Positions 1 to 9,759 of a DNA stretch of 64,000 nucleotides are shown here, in pieces (position 1 is the stretch's first letter; each line of letters opens with the position of its first letter). Source of the DNA: Salinispira sp. Lineage in GTDB: Bacteria; Spirochaetota; Spirochaetia; DSM-27196; Salinispiraceae. Location of the stretch: positions 32,001 to 96,000 of the forward strand of contig CBDDDG010000012.1 in the NCBI GenBank assembly GCA_965226555.1, written 5' to 3'. The position numbers and the translations under genes are program-made. The notes under the pieces were generated by a model. That model worked only from the letters and a program-made list of their open reading frames with translations, searched no databases and was not told the origin of the DNA.

Positions 1-23
1 TGTCCGGGGCAGATGATCAGCTT

Positions 24-677
24 ATGCTGCTTGAGCATAGCCCTGTGTACACGGTGGGGAAGCGGAGGGCGGCTGACGATTTTCTTGTTGAACCCGCAGC
101 GCTGGAGAACAGGGGGGCGGAGGTAGTGCGGACTGACCGCGGCGGCAGAAGTACTTTTCACGGGCCGGGGCAAATTGTCCTGTATATTATCTGTAATTTG
201 GGAAATGGGGCCCGCAAGGTACGGCAGTTTGTGTGGTTTATGGAAGAATCGGTTATTGAGTACCTGCGGAGAAATTTTGCAATGGAGGCCTGCAGGAAGC
301 GGGAATATCCGGGCGTGTGGGTTGGAGATGAAAAAATAGCGGCTGTGGGCATATCTATTCGAGAGCGAGTAACAATGCATGGGCTCGCGCTCAACATATG
401 TACGGATTTATCGTTTTTTGATGCAATTGTTCCCTGCGGAATTAGGGGGTTTCGGGTATGCTCGCTTGCTGCTGTTCTGAACGGGTTGTCTGGAGGGGAG
501 AGCGTTGGCGGGAGTAGCGGCGGCGATGGTGGGAGCGTTGGCGGGAGCGGCGGCGGCAGCGGGCAGGGTTCCGATATGGTGTATGATATGGAAAGGGAAA
601 AGAGCCGGTTTGCCGAGGTGTTTGCAGAGCTTTTTGGGTACGGTGAAGTGAGGATGACGCGCTATTCCATGTCCTGA
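24..677 (+). CDS. lipB: Lipoyl(octanoyl) transferase, probably 5'-truncated by the window edge
   Basis: LEHSPVYTVG, TDRGGRSTFHGPGQ, KIAAVG, HGLALN and IVPCG motifs; Gly/Ser-rich insertion near the C-terminus. Confidence 0.93.
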   Translation: MLLEHSPVYTVGKRRAADDFLVEPAALENRGAEVVRTDRGGRSTFHGPGQIVLYIICNLGNGARKVRQFVWFMEESVIEYLRRNFAMEACRKREYPGVWVGDEKIAAVGISIRERVTMHGLALNICTDLSFFDAIVPCGIRGFRVCSLAAVLNGLSGGESVGGSSGGDGGSVGGSGGGSGQGSDMVYDMEREKSRFAEVFAELFGYGEVRMTRYSMS

Positions 678-689
678 AAGTGCATATTG

Positions 690-1559
690 TCAGGCAGATG
701 ATTTGTGTGCAGTGTTTTCCGCCGGTTCTTTGGCATGATTTTCCGGCGGTTCAACGGAACGGCGGAAGGGTGTTATACTCTCAGATTTGCCTTCGTTGTT
801 GATATTCAGTATTACCCCCTGTATCTCCAGCCCTTCCCAGCACTCAGCGCTCCGAAGCGGTTTTCCGAGCATTCGTTGTTCTATTTCTCCCTTCGGGTCA
901 AACCCGCCAACGCTTTGAATACTGCCGGTACGTCCGGCATCGGATATAACTGCTGTTCCTTTTTGGAGAATTCTGGCATCGGAGGTCTGAACCCGCATGC
1001 CTGAACCAATGACGGCCGATACCTGCCCATCGGCATAAAGATTCATGGTAGCTTTTTCGGCAGTAATGGCTGTATGAAAATCTAAAATAATTGTATCTGT
1101 GTCTTTTTTTGCCCGTTCAACGATACCAGGTAATATACTATAGGGATTTACCGGGTGAATGTATTTGAGTGCTGATTGTCCTATGAGGTTAATAATGACA
1201 AGGCTTTGCTGCCTGTTATTTTTTTTATCCCGTTCTCCAATGGAATATGTTCGCCACCCCCTCCCCGGGTTTTCGTAGGGAAGATTAGCGGGGCGCAGCA
1301 GATGGTAGGCCTTAGCCATATGCGCGTGAATATCTTTTTTGTTGTAAATGAAATTGCCGGATGTTATCACATCCACACCGAGTTTTCGCAGATATATTGA
1401 ATGACTCTGTCCCAGTCCAAAACCTCCGCTGGCACCATCGGCATTGGCAATAACAAAATCAATATTGTATTCATCTTTCAATTTCCGCAACTGTTTTTTG
1501 ACGCAGTACACACCGACTTTGGTAACTATTTCAGCAATGTATAAAATGTTCTTTCCCAT
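690..1559 (-). CDS. ymdB: YmdB/TIGR00282-family metallophosphoesterase (degenerate metal-binding motifs)
   Basis: GVDVITSGN, LRPAN, DFHTAITAEK, VQTSDARIL and DAGRTG match the YmdB layout. Confidence 0.85.
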   Translation of the reverse strand: MGKNILYIAEIVTKVGVYCVKKQLRKLKDEYNIDFVIANADGASGGFGLGQSHSIYLRKLGVDVITSGNFIYNKKDIHAHMAKAYHLLRPANLPYENPGRGWRTYSIGERDKKNNRQQSLVIINLIGQSALKYIHPVNPYSILPGIVERAKKDTDTIILDFHTAITAEKATMNLYADGQVSAVIGSGMRVQTSDARILQKGTAVISDAGRTGSIQSVGGFDPKGEIEQRMLGKPLRSAECWEGLEIQGVILNINNEGKSESITPFRRSVEPPENHAKEPAENTAHKSSA

Positions 1560-1605
1560 TCAGCGGAAACCTCTCTACAAATTCGTAATGTGTGATGATA
1601 TGATA

Positions 1606-1648
1606 GAAACTATTTCCTCAGGAAAAACTTTATCAATGCAAAACTTTC
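1606..1648. repeat. Modular AT-rich palindromic repeat, short degenerate copy
   Basis: GAAACTATTTCCTCAGGAAAAACTTTATCAATGCAAAACTTT shares modules with the copies at 12380 and 55745. Confidence 0.7.
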
Positions 1649-1679
1649 CAGTAGTATAGAATGTATTGCGTGATAATGC

Positions 1680-3141
1680 CAGAACTTCCCCAACAATTTT
1701 TTTGACGGGATTTTGACAGAATAATGGAGGGAGATTTTGCCCTTGAGCAGTGAGTATGTGGCGGGAATACCGGGCGCATAGACCACCCCCGCCGCAGAAC
1801 CGCTGGTCTGCGTTGATTGTGTGTCGGTTATATGCAAGAAATCAACTCGGTAGACTGCCCTCGAAAACGACCGATTGTTCACTACTTAGCTCAACACAGA
1901 CATCCCTCCTGTGCGAATCTGCCATTTTATTCCCTTCCATATCCACCGCCCTGTTATTTTCCATGTTCGCTTAACAGGAAGCGTTTTTGTTACGACGCTC
2001 GCCAGCACATGGTTGATACTGGTGAGAAAATTGACCCCCATGGCAATGCAGCACAACAAACACACAGCGGCGATCTTGTTATGCGTCCGCACTCTCTTGG
2101 TGCCGGTAAGATACGACATGCGCTTAAACTCATCATTCTCTATGCTCCACCGCAGGTGCGCAGCTTCCCGCGCAGCAGGCAATGACAGATGTACATCACT
2201 CGTAATTACCCAGAACGTCTCCTTCCCTTCAGTGACCCGCAGCACCAGCACCGGAACGCCATGCCATTCGTCAAGCACTGCCTCAATCTGGTAACTCGTT
2301 GATCGTTGATAATCATACCCGCTCGCGGTTTGGACTGCATCACTATAGAACCCCTGATGTTCCATATAGCGGGCTGCGCGATCAAGGAGCAACCGCTCAT
2401 GTTTCCGCGGAGTGCCATCCCGCTTTACCGAACGAAATTTCACCAGAATATGACGCTTTAATTTTGCGCAGATCAGATGAAGAACGGGCTCACACAGATA
2501 GAGCCCATCGAAACTTAACAATTGCGGCAGGGTATCTCCTTCCCTCAAAAGCATTTCTTCAGACCCGCGCAGTTCGTGCCCTCTGCCCTTCATCGGTCTC
2601 ACAACCTGCGCATACGTTCCTGTCTTTGTCGGTCGCGCCAGCACGGTGAACCAGACGCTCCCGAAGACACAGGTGCCATCGACAATACCAATACTCCGAT
2701 GAACTCCCGTGTCCAAATAACACGATTCTTCAGTGTCACTCACTGACAACTTCATACTGGTTCCCACCATCGTCGTCACTTCATCCGGTATGATCTGAGA
2801 AATCACCCGTTGTATGGTGCTGTCGGAACCGACCATATACCGTTTGCTGCCGAGTAACTTCCGAACATGTTTATTCCGAGCCAGATAATCGAGATCAAAC
2901 AGACTCTTGCATGAAAATAATGGCATCGATATAATGAGAGCCATTATTTGTGATAGCTGAACAACCGGTCGTTTCCGAGGGTCGGTTAAATTGGTTGTTT
3001 TCAGCATCTGTCCGAGCCTTTGAATAAAGGTTCGGGCAACACTTTTTTTCTGAGAACACATAGTCCCCCTCCCATAGTAGATCATAAATGTGTATGAGAA
3101 TTCCTGCAATGGTCTGAAAAAAACTTGTTGGGGAAGTTCTG
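1680..3141 (-). mobile_element. 1462-bp insertion sequence (DDE, ISAs1/IS4-like), copy 1
   Basis: Terminal inverted repeats CAGAACTTCCCCAACAA...TTGTTGGGGAAGTTCTG; flanks TGATAATGC/TGATAATGT (9-bp TSD, one mismatch); near-identical to 36969-38430. Confidence 0.93.
1886..3061 (-). CDS. DDE transposase (391 aa)
   Basis: DPRKR N-terminal motif; VDGT, SFDGLY and RWSIEN catalytic motifs; GGAGGGGG SD before the ATG at 3061. Confidence 0.88.
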   Translation of the reverse strand: MCSQKKSVARTFIQRLGQMLKTTNLTDPRKRPVVQLSQIMALIISMPLFSCKSLFDLDYLARNKHVRKLLGSKRYMVGSDSTIQRVISQIIPDEVTTMVGTSMKLSVSDTEESCYLDTGVHRSIGIVDGTCVFGSVWFTVLARPTKTGTYAQVVRPMKGRGHELRGSEEMLLREGDTLPQLLSFDGLYLCEPVLHLICAKLKRHILVKFRSVKRDGTPRKHERLLLDRAARYMEHQGFYSDAVQTASGYDYQRSTSYQIEAVLDEWHGVPVLVLRVTEGKETFWVITSDVHLSLPAAREAAHLRWSIENDEFKRMSYLTGTKRVRTHNKIAAVCLLCCIAMGVNFLTSINHVLASVVTKTLPVKRTWKITGRWIWKGIKWQIRTGGMSVLS

Positions 3142-3252
3142 TGATAATGTACATTGACAGACCCTCCCTGAGCATTCTCTGAAGGAACTGGTATGTGAGG
3201 TTGATCTGAATGTTGATATTATCCGCTCTGCGCGCAGGCCGAGCGGCGCCAA

Positions 3253-4248
3253 TTACTGCGATCCGTTCCGCACTGTCCGCATTTCCTCATCGCTCAGCCC
3301 CGTAACATCCTGAATGTCATGGGCTGAAAATCCTTTGGAAAACATACTGCGGGCGTTTTTTCTCCGCTCCTCAATATGTCCCTCCGCGCGACCTTTCAGA
3401 ATACCCCGCTCCATGCCTTTCAGAATACCTTTCTCCATGCCTTGGTTGACAAACCAATCACTCATCTGAACTTTTTTCATCATAACCCTTTCTCCTCCAG
3501 GATTTATTTCCCTGTTGATTTTTTCAAAGCGTGTATCCAGTTTCAAGGCCTTCAGATAGAGCAGAAGGTTCGGGATCATCTCGCGGGAATTCTCTGAGGG
3601 AAGTTCTTTCAGATACTTCGCAACCTTCCGCAAGTCTTCATCGCCTGTCTTACTGACTTTCCGCATAATATAGCACAGAGCTCCCCCTGTCAACACAACT
3701 CCGTCTGACCCCCGGGTAAACTCCTCCTCGCTCATCCTATTCAAATCGACCATCACAGGCCTATTGAGAACCTTTGGCCTCGCAAGATATTTTTCCATCA
3801 TTGTGTACAATTTTTCCGGTATGTGTGTATGCACATCCCCTGAACTGTGGAAACTGATATCGCCATCCCATATCGGTTCGCCATGATACCACAGCACCAG
3901 AACAAGAAGATCGGTCTGCGCCTGAAATGTCCTGCTGTTTATGAGGGCTTTCTGGTATTTATCGAACTGTTCGCTGACCTTTGGATCATACGCGCTTTTG
4001 TGCTCAATGAGGAGAACAATTCGTAAACCGTCGAATTCCCCTTTGAGGGGAATAATGAGAATGAGATCGCAGAGTACCTCACGCCCTTTGTCAACGTAGA
4101 TGGTGTTTTCGATGCGAATAGTATCTAAATCCATAATGTTAACGATGTTTTCTGGAAAAATTGTCCGTGGAATATCGGCTGCCGCCTCGGGGGTGCCATA
4201 GATACTCTTAAAAGCAATATCATGGATATTGTATCCGGAATTACTCAT
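3253..4248 (-). CDS. Rpn/YhgA-like PD-(D/E)XK nuclease, family 1 (RpnA), with internal small ORF 3253-3483
   Basis: HDIAFK...CDL...LIEHKS...LWYHGE motifs; G-x-x-x repeats and C-terminal HTH-like tail; AGGAGG SD. Confidence 0.88.
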   Translation of the reverse strand: MSNSGYNIHDIAFKSIYGTPEAAADIPRTIFPENIVNIMDLDTIRIENTIYVDKGREVLCDLILIIPLKGEFDGLRIVLLIEHKSAYDPKVSEQFDKYQKALINSRTFQAQTDLLVLVLWYHGEPIWDGDISFHSSGDVHTHIPEKLYTMMEKYLARPKVLNRPVMVDLNRMSEEEFTRGSDGVVLTGGALCYIMRKVSKTGDEDLRKVAKYLKELPSENSREMIPNLLLYLKALKLDTRFEKINREINPGGERVMMKKVQMSDWFVNQGMEKGILKGMERGILKGRAEGHIEERRKNARSMFSKGFSAHDIQDVTGLSDEEMRTVRNGSQ

Positions 4249-4264
4249 ACATACCTCCTGCTAT

Positions 4265-4722
4265 ATCTATAACGGGAGAACTGTCATTTTTAATTGTGTT
4301 TTTTGAAAGAATTTTGCAAAATTTGTGAATTTTTTTCGGGGAGTCGGGAATGGGGGGGGCTGGTATGCTCTGTGTTGATATACTTTTTGCTCATACCATA
4401 TAGACGGGTAAAATATAAACGGTGAATGATAAAATGAGAAAGTTTTGTAAAAAGTTTTATTACAGAGTTTTGCTACTGGAAATTGTGCTTGCACAATTTT
4501 CCAAGGCAAAACTTTCTACAAAATGAGAGTATGCTAAGCACAAAGACAGCATTCCACATGAGATATTGATCAGCCCGGACGCATGGGCGAACCGGTTGCT
4601 TGGGCGAGCAGCGCGACCAGCCCCTATCCCCAGCAACAGTCGCATGGCGCGCAGGCCGAGCGGCGCCAATTACTGCGATCCGTTCCGCACTGTCCGCATT
4701 TCCTCATCGCTCAGCCCGGTAA
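4265..4722. repeat. Direct repeat of about 458 bp (Rpn spacer plus Rpn 3' end), copy 1
   Basis: Near-identical to 5675-6132 at an offset of 1410 bp. Confidence 0.95.
4464..4555. repeat. Modular palindromic repeat (nested hairpin plus tail module)
   Basis: AGAGTTTTGC-TACTGG-AAATTGTGC-TT-GCACAATTT-TCCAAG-GCAAAACTTT followed by CTACAAAATGAGAGTATGCTAAGC. Confidence 0.9.
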
Positions 4723-5659
4723 CATCCTGAATGTCATGGGCTGAAAATCCTTTGGAAAACATACTGCGGGCGTTTTTTCTCCGCTCCTCAATATGCCCCT
4801 CAGCCCGGCCCTTCGTGATACCCTGTTCAAGACCCTCAATCCGGCCTTTCAGAATACCTTTCTCCATTCCTTCCCTGACGAAGGCGTTGGTAATATTATA
4901 TGTCCGCATACTGTTTTCTCCTCCATGGTACAGTTCCCTGTTAATTTTTTCAAACTGCTCATACAGTCCCAGATCTTTTAGATATCCTAGCACACTCTCT
5001 GCCAGATCAGTAAAGTCTTGTGATGACAGACCATTCAGGAGCTGCGCAATTTCTTTCAGCCCCTCAGCATTCATTTCATTATCTCTCATAATATACCACA
5101 ACGCAGTCGATGTATATCGTTTTCCATCGAAACGCAATGCCAACTGCTTTTTGTCCATTCGCCTCAGATCGCGCACAATGTACGACACTTTCACCTTGAC
5201 ATCTACCGTGCCTTCGATCATGGATTCGGAAGCAGCATTTCCATGAGAACTGTAAAATGTGAGTGGGAGGTTCCATTCATGTTTTCCATGATAGAGCAGC
5301 AGTATATAGATAGCATCCCTTTCATTGTACACATTGCTGTTTCTGAGTGCATACTGATAGTTATCGATTTGAGTGAGCGCATGTTTATTCAGGTAGCTTT
5401 TATGCTCAATAATGAACAGGGCCTTCCGCTTGGGGTCTGACAGGAAGGGGGCGCTGACAACGAGATCGCAGTGAAGGTTCTTTTTTCCCGCAATGTAGCT
5501 GGGGGTTTCAATGCGGATTTTGCCCAGATCCAGCTTGGTAAGCGTTGTATCCTCACAGAACAGCCGCAGCAGGTCGGGAATCATACGGGGGGTTCTGTAG
5601 TAGGCGATCTTGAAGGCTATGTCGTGGATATGGCCTGTGCTGTGGGATGATTTTTTCAT
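4670..5659 (-). CDS. Rpn/YhgA-like PD-(D/E)XK nuclease, family 2 (RpnB), with internal small ORF 4670-4909
   Basis: HDIAFK, CDLVV, IIEHKS and LLYHGK motifs; GTAGGAGG SD before ATG 5659 (5665 is an alternative start). Confidence 0.88.
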   Translation of the reverse strand: MKKSSHSTGHIHDIAFKIAYYRTPRMIPDLLRLFCEDTTLTKLDLGKIRIETPSYIAGKKNLHCDLVVSAPFLSDPKRKALFIIEHKSYLNKHALTQIDNYQYALRNSNVYNERDAIYILLLYHGKHEWNLPLTFYSSHGNAASESMIEGTVDVKVKVSYIVRDLRRMDKKQLALRFDGKRYTSTALWYIMRDNEMNAEGLKEIAQLLNGLSSQDFTDLAESVLGYLKDLGLYEQFEKINRELYHGGENSMRTYNITNAFVREGMEKGILKGRIEGLEQGITKGRAEGHIEERRKNARSMFSKGFSAHDIQDVTGLSDEEMRTVRNGSQ

Positions 5660-5674
5660 AAACATTCCTCCTAC

Positions 5675-6132
5675 ATCTATAACGGGAGAACTGTCATTTT
5701 TAATTGTGTTTTTTGAAAGAATTTTGCAAAATTTGTGAATTTTTTTTCGGGGAGACAGGAATGGGGGGGCTGGTATGCTCTGTGTTGATATACTTTTTGC
5801 TCATACCATATAGACGGGTAAAATATAAACGGTGAATGATAAAATGAGAAAGTTTTGTAAAAAGTTTTATTACAGAGTTTTGCTACTGGAAATTGTGCTT
5901 GCACAATTTTCCAAGGCAAAACTTTCTACAAAATGAGAGTATGCTAAGCACAAAGACAGCATTCCACATGAGATATTGATCAGCCCGGACGCATGGGCGA
6001 ACCGGTTGCTTGGGCGAGCAGCGCGACCAGCCCCTATCCCCAGCAACAGTCGCATGGCGCGCAGGCCGAGCGGCGCCAATTACTGCGATCCGTTCCGCAC
6101 TGTCCGCATTTCCTCATCGCTCAGCCCGGTAA
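5675..6132. repeat. Direct repeat of about 458 bp, copy 2 (contains the palindromic repeat at 5874-5965)
   Basis: Near-identical to 4265-4722. Confidence 0.95.
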
Positions 6133-6286
6133 TTCTCTGAACAGCCTCTGTCGACAAGCCTTCCGAAAACATACTGCGGGCCGTTTCTCGAATGCCTTCC
6201 TGCCTGCCCTTTGTGATACCCTGCTCAAGACCCTCAACCCGTCCCTGATTGACAAACCAATCACTCATCTGAACTTTTTTCATCAT
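6080..6286 (-). CDS. Small C-terminal Rpn protein (RpnS-like, 68 aa) left as a stand-alone ORF
   Basis: GGAGGAGAAAGAGTT-ATG; MMKKVQMSDWF...GLSDEEMRTVRNGSQ. Confidence 0.7.
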   Translation of the reverse strand: MMKKVQMSDWFVNQGRVEGLEQGITKGRQEGIRETARSMFSEGLSTEAVQRITGLSDEEMRTVRNGSQ

Positions 6287-6302
6287 AACTCTTTCTCCTC
6301 CA

Positions 6303-6376
6303 GAAACTTTTGGATGACTCTATGTGCTTAGCATTCTCGCATTTTGTAGAAAATTTTGCCTCAGGCAAAATTTTGT
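6303..6376. repeat. Modular palindromic repeat inserted in RpnA'
   Basis: Absent from the intact paralog at about 3500; contains AAAATTTTGCCTCAGGCAAAATTTT and the tail module. Confidence 0.9.
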
Positions 6377-7100
6377 TTCGGGATTAATTTCCCTGTTGAT
6401 TTTTTCAAAGCGTGTATCCAGTTTCAAGCCCTTCAGATAGAGCAGAAGGTTCGGGATCATCTCGCGGGAATTCTCTGCGGGAAGTTCCTTCAGATACTTC
6501 GCAACCTTCCTCAAGTCTTCATCGCCTGTCTTACTGACTTTCCGCATAATATAGCACAGGGCTCCCCCTGTCAACACTACCCCGTCTGACCCCCGGGTAA
6601 ACTCCTCCTCGCTCATCCTATTCAAATCGACCATCACAGGCCTATTGAGAACCTTTGGCCTCGCAAGGTATTTTTCCATCATTGTGTACAATTTTTCCGG
6701 TATGTGTGTATGCACATCCCCTGAACTGTGGAAACTGAGATCGCCTTCCCATAGTGCTTCGCCATGATACCATAGAACCAGAACAAGAAGATCGGTCTGC
6801 GCCTGAAATGTCCTGCTGTTTATGAGGGCTTTCTGGTATTTATCAAACTGTTCGCTGACCTTCGGATCATACGCGCTTTTGTGCTCAATAAGTAGCACGA
6901 TTCGTAAACCCTCGAATTCCCCTTTGAGGGGAATAATGAGAATGAGGTCGCAGAGTACCTCACGCCCTTTGTCAATGTAGATGGTGTTTTCGATGCGAAT
7001 AGTATCTAAATCCATAATGTTAACGATGTTTTCTGGAAAAATTGTCCGTGGAATATCGGCTGCCGCCTCGGGGGTGCCATAGATACTCTTAAAAGCAATA

Positions 7101-8353
7101 TGGGATATAAACCTTTGGACAGACCCCTCCTCCCCAGTGTAAAACGAAGGTTATTCGTATACACTGGGGGTTGTATAAAACATAAAAGGAGGGAAACAGT
7201 GAACAGTAGTATCACATATTCTCAGTATCATCTCAAGTCTCGGAAGTATCAGGCGGCTTCGATGTATGATTGGCGGTTGCGGATGGTTCGGTATGCCCAA
7301 GAGCATTCGATCAAGGCGGCTGCTCGGGAGTTCGAGGTGTCGCGCAACACGGTGCGGCGGTGGGTTCGGCGCTTTGAATCCGGCGAGGGTCTTGAAGACA
7401 AGAAGCGGGGCACGACCAATCATCCGATGAAGATGAAATTCGGGCACCGGTGTCATCTCGAGAGTCTTGTCCAGACCAAGAATCGGAATCACAACAAAAT
7501 CATTGGAACTCAGGTGCAAAAGCAGTTGCAGACGGAAGTTGGCGGGAAGTACAGCCTGCCGACGATTATCAAGACGCTAAAGCAGATAGGGGCGCGGAAA
7601 ACAAAGAAGCCGAAGGCGCTACCCAAGAGAGATTTGCGGGAGGTAACCGACAGGATGAAGTTCGGCGAGTGCATTCAGATTGATATCAAGTATCTGACGG
7701 ACATTCCCGCTATGCGGTTTTCTCAGAAGTGTTTAGACGTTCCGAAGTACCAGATAACCGCCCGGGATCGGGCGACAGGGGCTCTGTGGTACGCCTTCGC
7801 CAATGAGAAGAGCAGTATGGTAACAACCTTGTTCGCCGAGTACCTGCTGGAGCACCTGCGGAATCGCGGCGGAGACCTTGTCAACGGCATAACGGTTCAG
7901 ACCGATAACGGGGCAGAGTTCACCGTTCGGCATCTGAGCAAGACCCGAACGTCGGGGTTTGAGCAGGCGCTCATACAGGCGGGTGTCGAGTATCGGCGTA
8001 TTCCGCCCGGGCAGTGCACATGGAACAGTTCTGTCGAGTCCTCGCACCGGCTCATTGAGGATGAGTTCTACAGTCAGGTGATGAATCCAAAGCTCAATGA
8101 GTTTCTTAAGGAAGCCGAGGAGTATCAGATAGATTTCAATTACCGGCGGTTCAACACCTACCGCAAAGGGACTCCGCTGGATCTTTTGAGGCAGCGGAAT
8201 ACCAATGTGGATAGTGATATTCTCCGGCTCAAGCCGATCATAATGGAGCAACGGCTCACACGGCCGACGCTTGAGCGATGGAGGGCTTGGCACTCGGAAG
8301 AAATGATCGCATAATAGGTCAAAGTGGGGGTCTGTTCAAACCTTAATATCCCA
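7101..8353 (+). mobile_element. IS481-like insertion sequence
   Basis: Imperfect TIRs TGGGATATAAACCTTTGGACAGACCCC and reverse-complement TGGGATATTAAGGTTTGAACAGACCCC; no TSD visible. Confidence 0.85.
7199..8314 (+). CDS. IS481-family transposase (HTH + rve integrase core)
   Basis: AAREFEVSRNTVRRWVRRF HTH; QIDIKY, QTDNGAEF and NSSVESSHR DDE motifs; AGGAGG SD before GTG 7199. Confidence 0.88.
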   Translation: MNSSITYSQYHLKSRKYQAASMYDWRLRMVRYAQEHSIKAAAREFEVSRNTVRRWVRRFESGEGLEDKKRGTTNHPMKMKFGHRCHLESLVQTKNRNHNKIIGTQVQKQLQTEVGGKYSLPTIIKTLKQIGARKTKKPKALPKRDLREVTDRMKFGECIQIDIKYLTDIPAMRFSQKCLDVPKYQITARDRATGALWYAFANEKSSMVTTLFAEYLLEHLRNRGGDLVNGITVQTDNGAEFTVRHLSKTRTSGFEQALIQAGVEYRRIPPGQCTWNSSVESSHRLIEDEFYSQVMNPKLNEFLKEAEEYQIDFNYRRFNTYRKGTPLDLLRQRNTNVDSDILRLKPIIMEQRLTRPTLERWRAWHSEEMIA

Positions 8354-8593
8354 AATTTCAATCTTATTGAAGATTATACCTGATCATAATCTCTTTTGCA
8401 AGCAAAATGAGCATACCCCTTCGAAAATCCACTTATGCGCGGTATAATTCCCATTATTACGGGAGGGGAATTATGTGTTCTCAGAAAAAAGTGGTCTATG
8501 CGCCCGGTATTCCCGCCACATACTCACTGCTCAAGGGAAAAATCTCCCCAAAATATTCTGTCAAAACCCCGTCAAAAAATTTGTTGGGGAAGT
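8354..8593 (+). mobile_element. Internally deleted remnant of the 1462-bp IS
   Basis: First codons of the transposase (ATGTGTTCTCAGAAAAAAGTG) joined directly to the IS right end (GTCTATGCGCCCGG...TTGTTGGGGAAGT). Confidence 0.88.
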
Positions 8594-8614
8594 ATTACGC
8601 AAGAGCGAGTGTAT

Positions 8615-9757
8615 ATGGTAAAAATTAAAGATACCCCCCACGAGGGAGAACAAGGTGAATTTTTTGATATTTCTGAAATTGAAAAACTCGGTTCTCAGGT
8701 AAATATTTACAAAACAGACAAGCGTCATTATCAACCGAAACAATCAAAAAATGGATATTTTCAACTGCAAAATCGGCGTTACCTCGGTAATAAATATAAA
8801 TTACTTGGATTTATTGAAGATATAATCTCGGAAAAATGTGACTCTGTAAATTCACTTTGTGATATTTTTGCTGGCACCGGCGTTGTCGGTGAAAGGTTTA
8901 ATAGTCCTCATACAAAAATTATTTCTAACGATTTTTTATTTGCAAATTATGTCTGTCTGTATACTTTTTTAGATACCGATAAAGATTTACATGCAATTAT
9001 TTCTCAAAAAATAGATTATCTTAATAATGTGCTCGGCAACAAGGAAAATTATTTTTCAGAGCACTTTGGCGGTAGATATTTCACAAAGGATAACGCGCGA
9101 AAAATAGGGATAATCAGAGAAGAGATAGATAAAATTACACAAAATGAAAGTGAAAAAAATGTTTTGATATGTTCGTTAATATATGCGGCCGACAAGGTGG
9201 CAAATACAGTCGGACACTACGATGCCTTCCATAAAAAATTAACTATGCTTCAGCCGGTAAAATTGCTTGTTCCGGATGTCAGGTACGCGCATAATGCCTG
9301 CAATCAAATTTATAGAGAAGATGCCAATACCCTCATCAGGAAAATTTCTTGTGATGTCTTATATATTGACCCTCCGTATAATTCACGCCAATATTCTGAT
9401 GCATATCATCTTTTGGAAAATCTTGCAGAATGGAAGAAGCCAAAAGTTATTGGGGTTGGTAAAAAAATGGATCGCCTGCATATTAAAAGCGCGTATTGTC
9501 TCAAAAATGCAGCCTGTGCTTTCAGGGATTTAATCAAAAATGCAAGCTGCAAACATATTCTTTTTTCCTACAACAACACAGGTATCTCAAAAGATGGGCG
9601 CTCAAACGCGCGGATGAACGATACTGAAATTTTGCAGATTTTAAAGAATAAAGGAGATGTTGAGATTTTTGAAAAAAGTTATAAAGCTTTCAGCACAGGA
9701 AAAAGTAGCGGTGAAAATAACACAGAACGCATTTTTTATTGTAAGGTAATACCATAA
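8615..9757 (+). CDS. D12-class N6-adenine DNA methyltransferase
   Basis: RRYLGNKYKL, DIFAGTGVV and YIDPPYN; the longer ORF start at 8435 lies inside the IS remnant. Confidence 0.9.
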   Translation: MVKIKDTPHEGEQGEFFDISEIEKLGSQVNIYKTDKRHYQPKQSKNGYFQLQNRRYLGNKYKLLGFIEDIISEKCDSVNSLCDIFAGTGVVGERFNSPHTKIISNDFLFANYVCLYTFLDTDKDLHAIISQKIDYLNNVLGNKENYFSEHFGGRYFTKDNARKIGIIREEIDKITQNESEKNVLICSLIYAADKVANTVGHYDAFHKKLTMLQPVKLLVPDVRYAHNACNQIYREDANTLIRKISCDVLYIDPPYNSRQYSDAYHLLENLAEWKKPKVIGVGKKMDRLHIKSAYCLKNAACAFRDLIKNASCKHILFSYNNTGISKDGRSNARMNDTEILQILKNKGDVEIFEKSYKAFSTGKSSGENNTERIFYCKVIP

Positions 9758-9759
9758 CC

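Larger units (their letters stand above)
6080..7100 (-). pseudogene. Rpn family 1 pseudogene (RpnA'): 5' end removed by the IS481-like element, split by a repeat insertion at 6303-6376
   Basis: Near-identical to 3253-4248 apart from the tail; homology stops at the IS end (7101); the insertion brings a premature stop. Confidence 0.9.

Noticed and set aside
3253..7100. Integron cassette array
   Set aside because: No intI-like tyrosine recombinase and no attC-type GTTRRRY/RYYYAAC boundaries recognised; each unit carries its own upstream region
8435..8614. N-terminal extension of the methyltransferase ORF
   Set aside because: It is read-through from the IS remnant; ATG 8615 is the more plausible start
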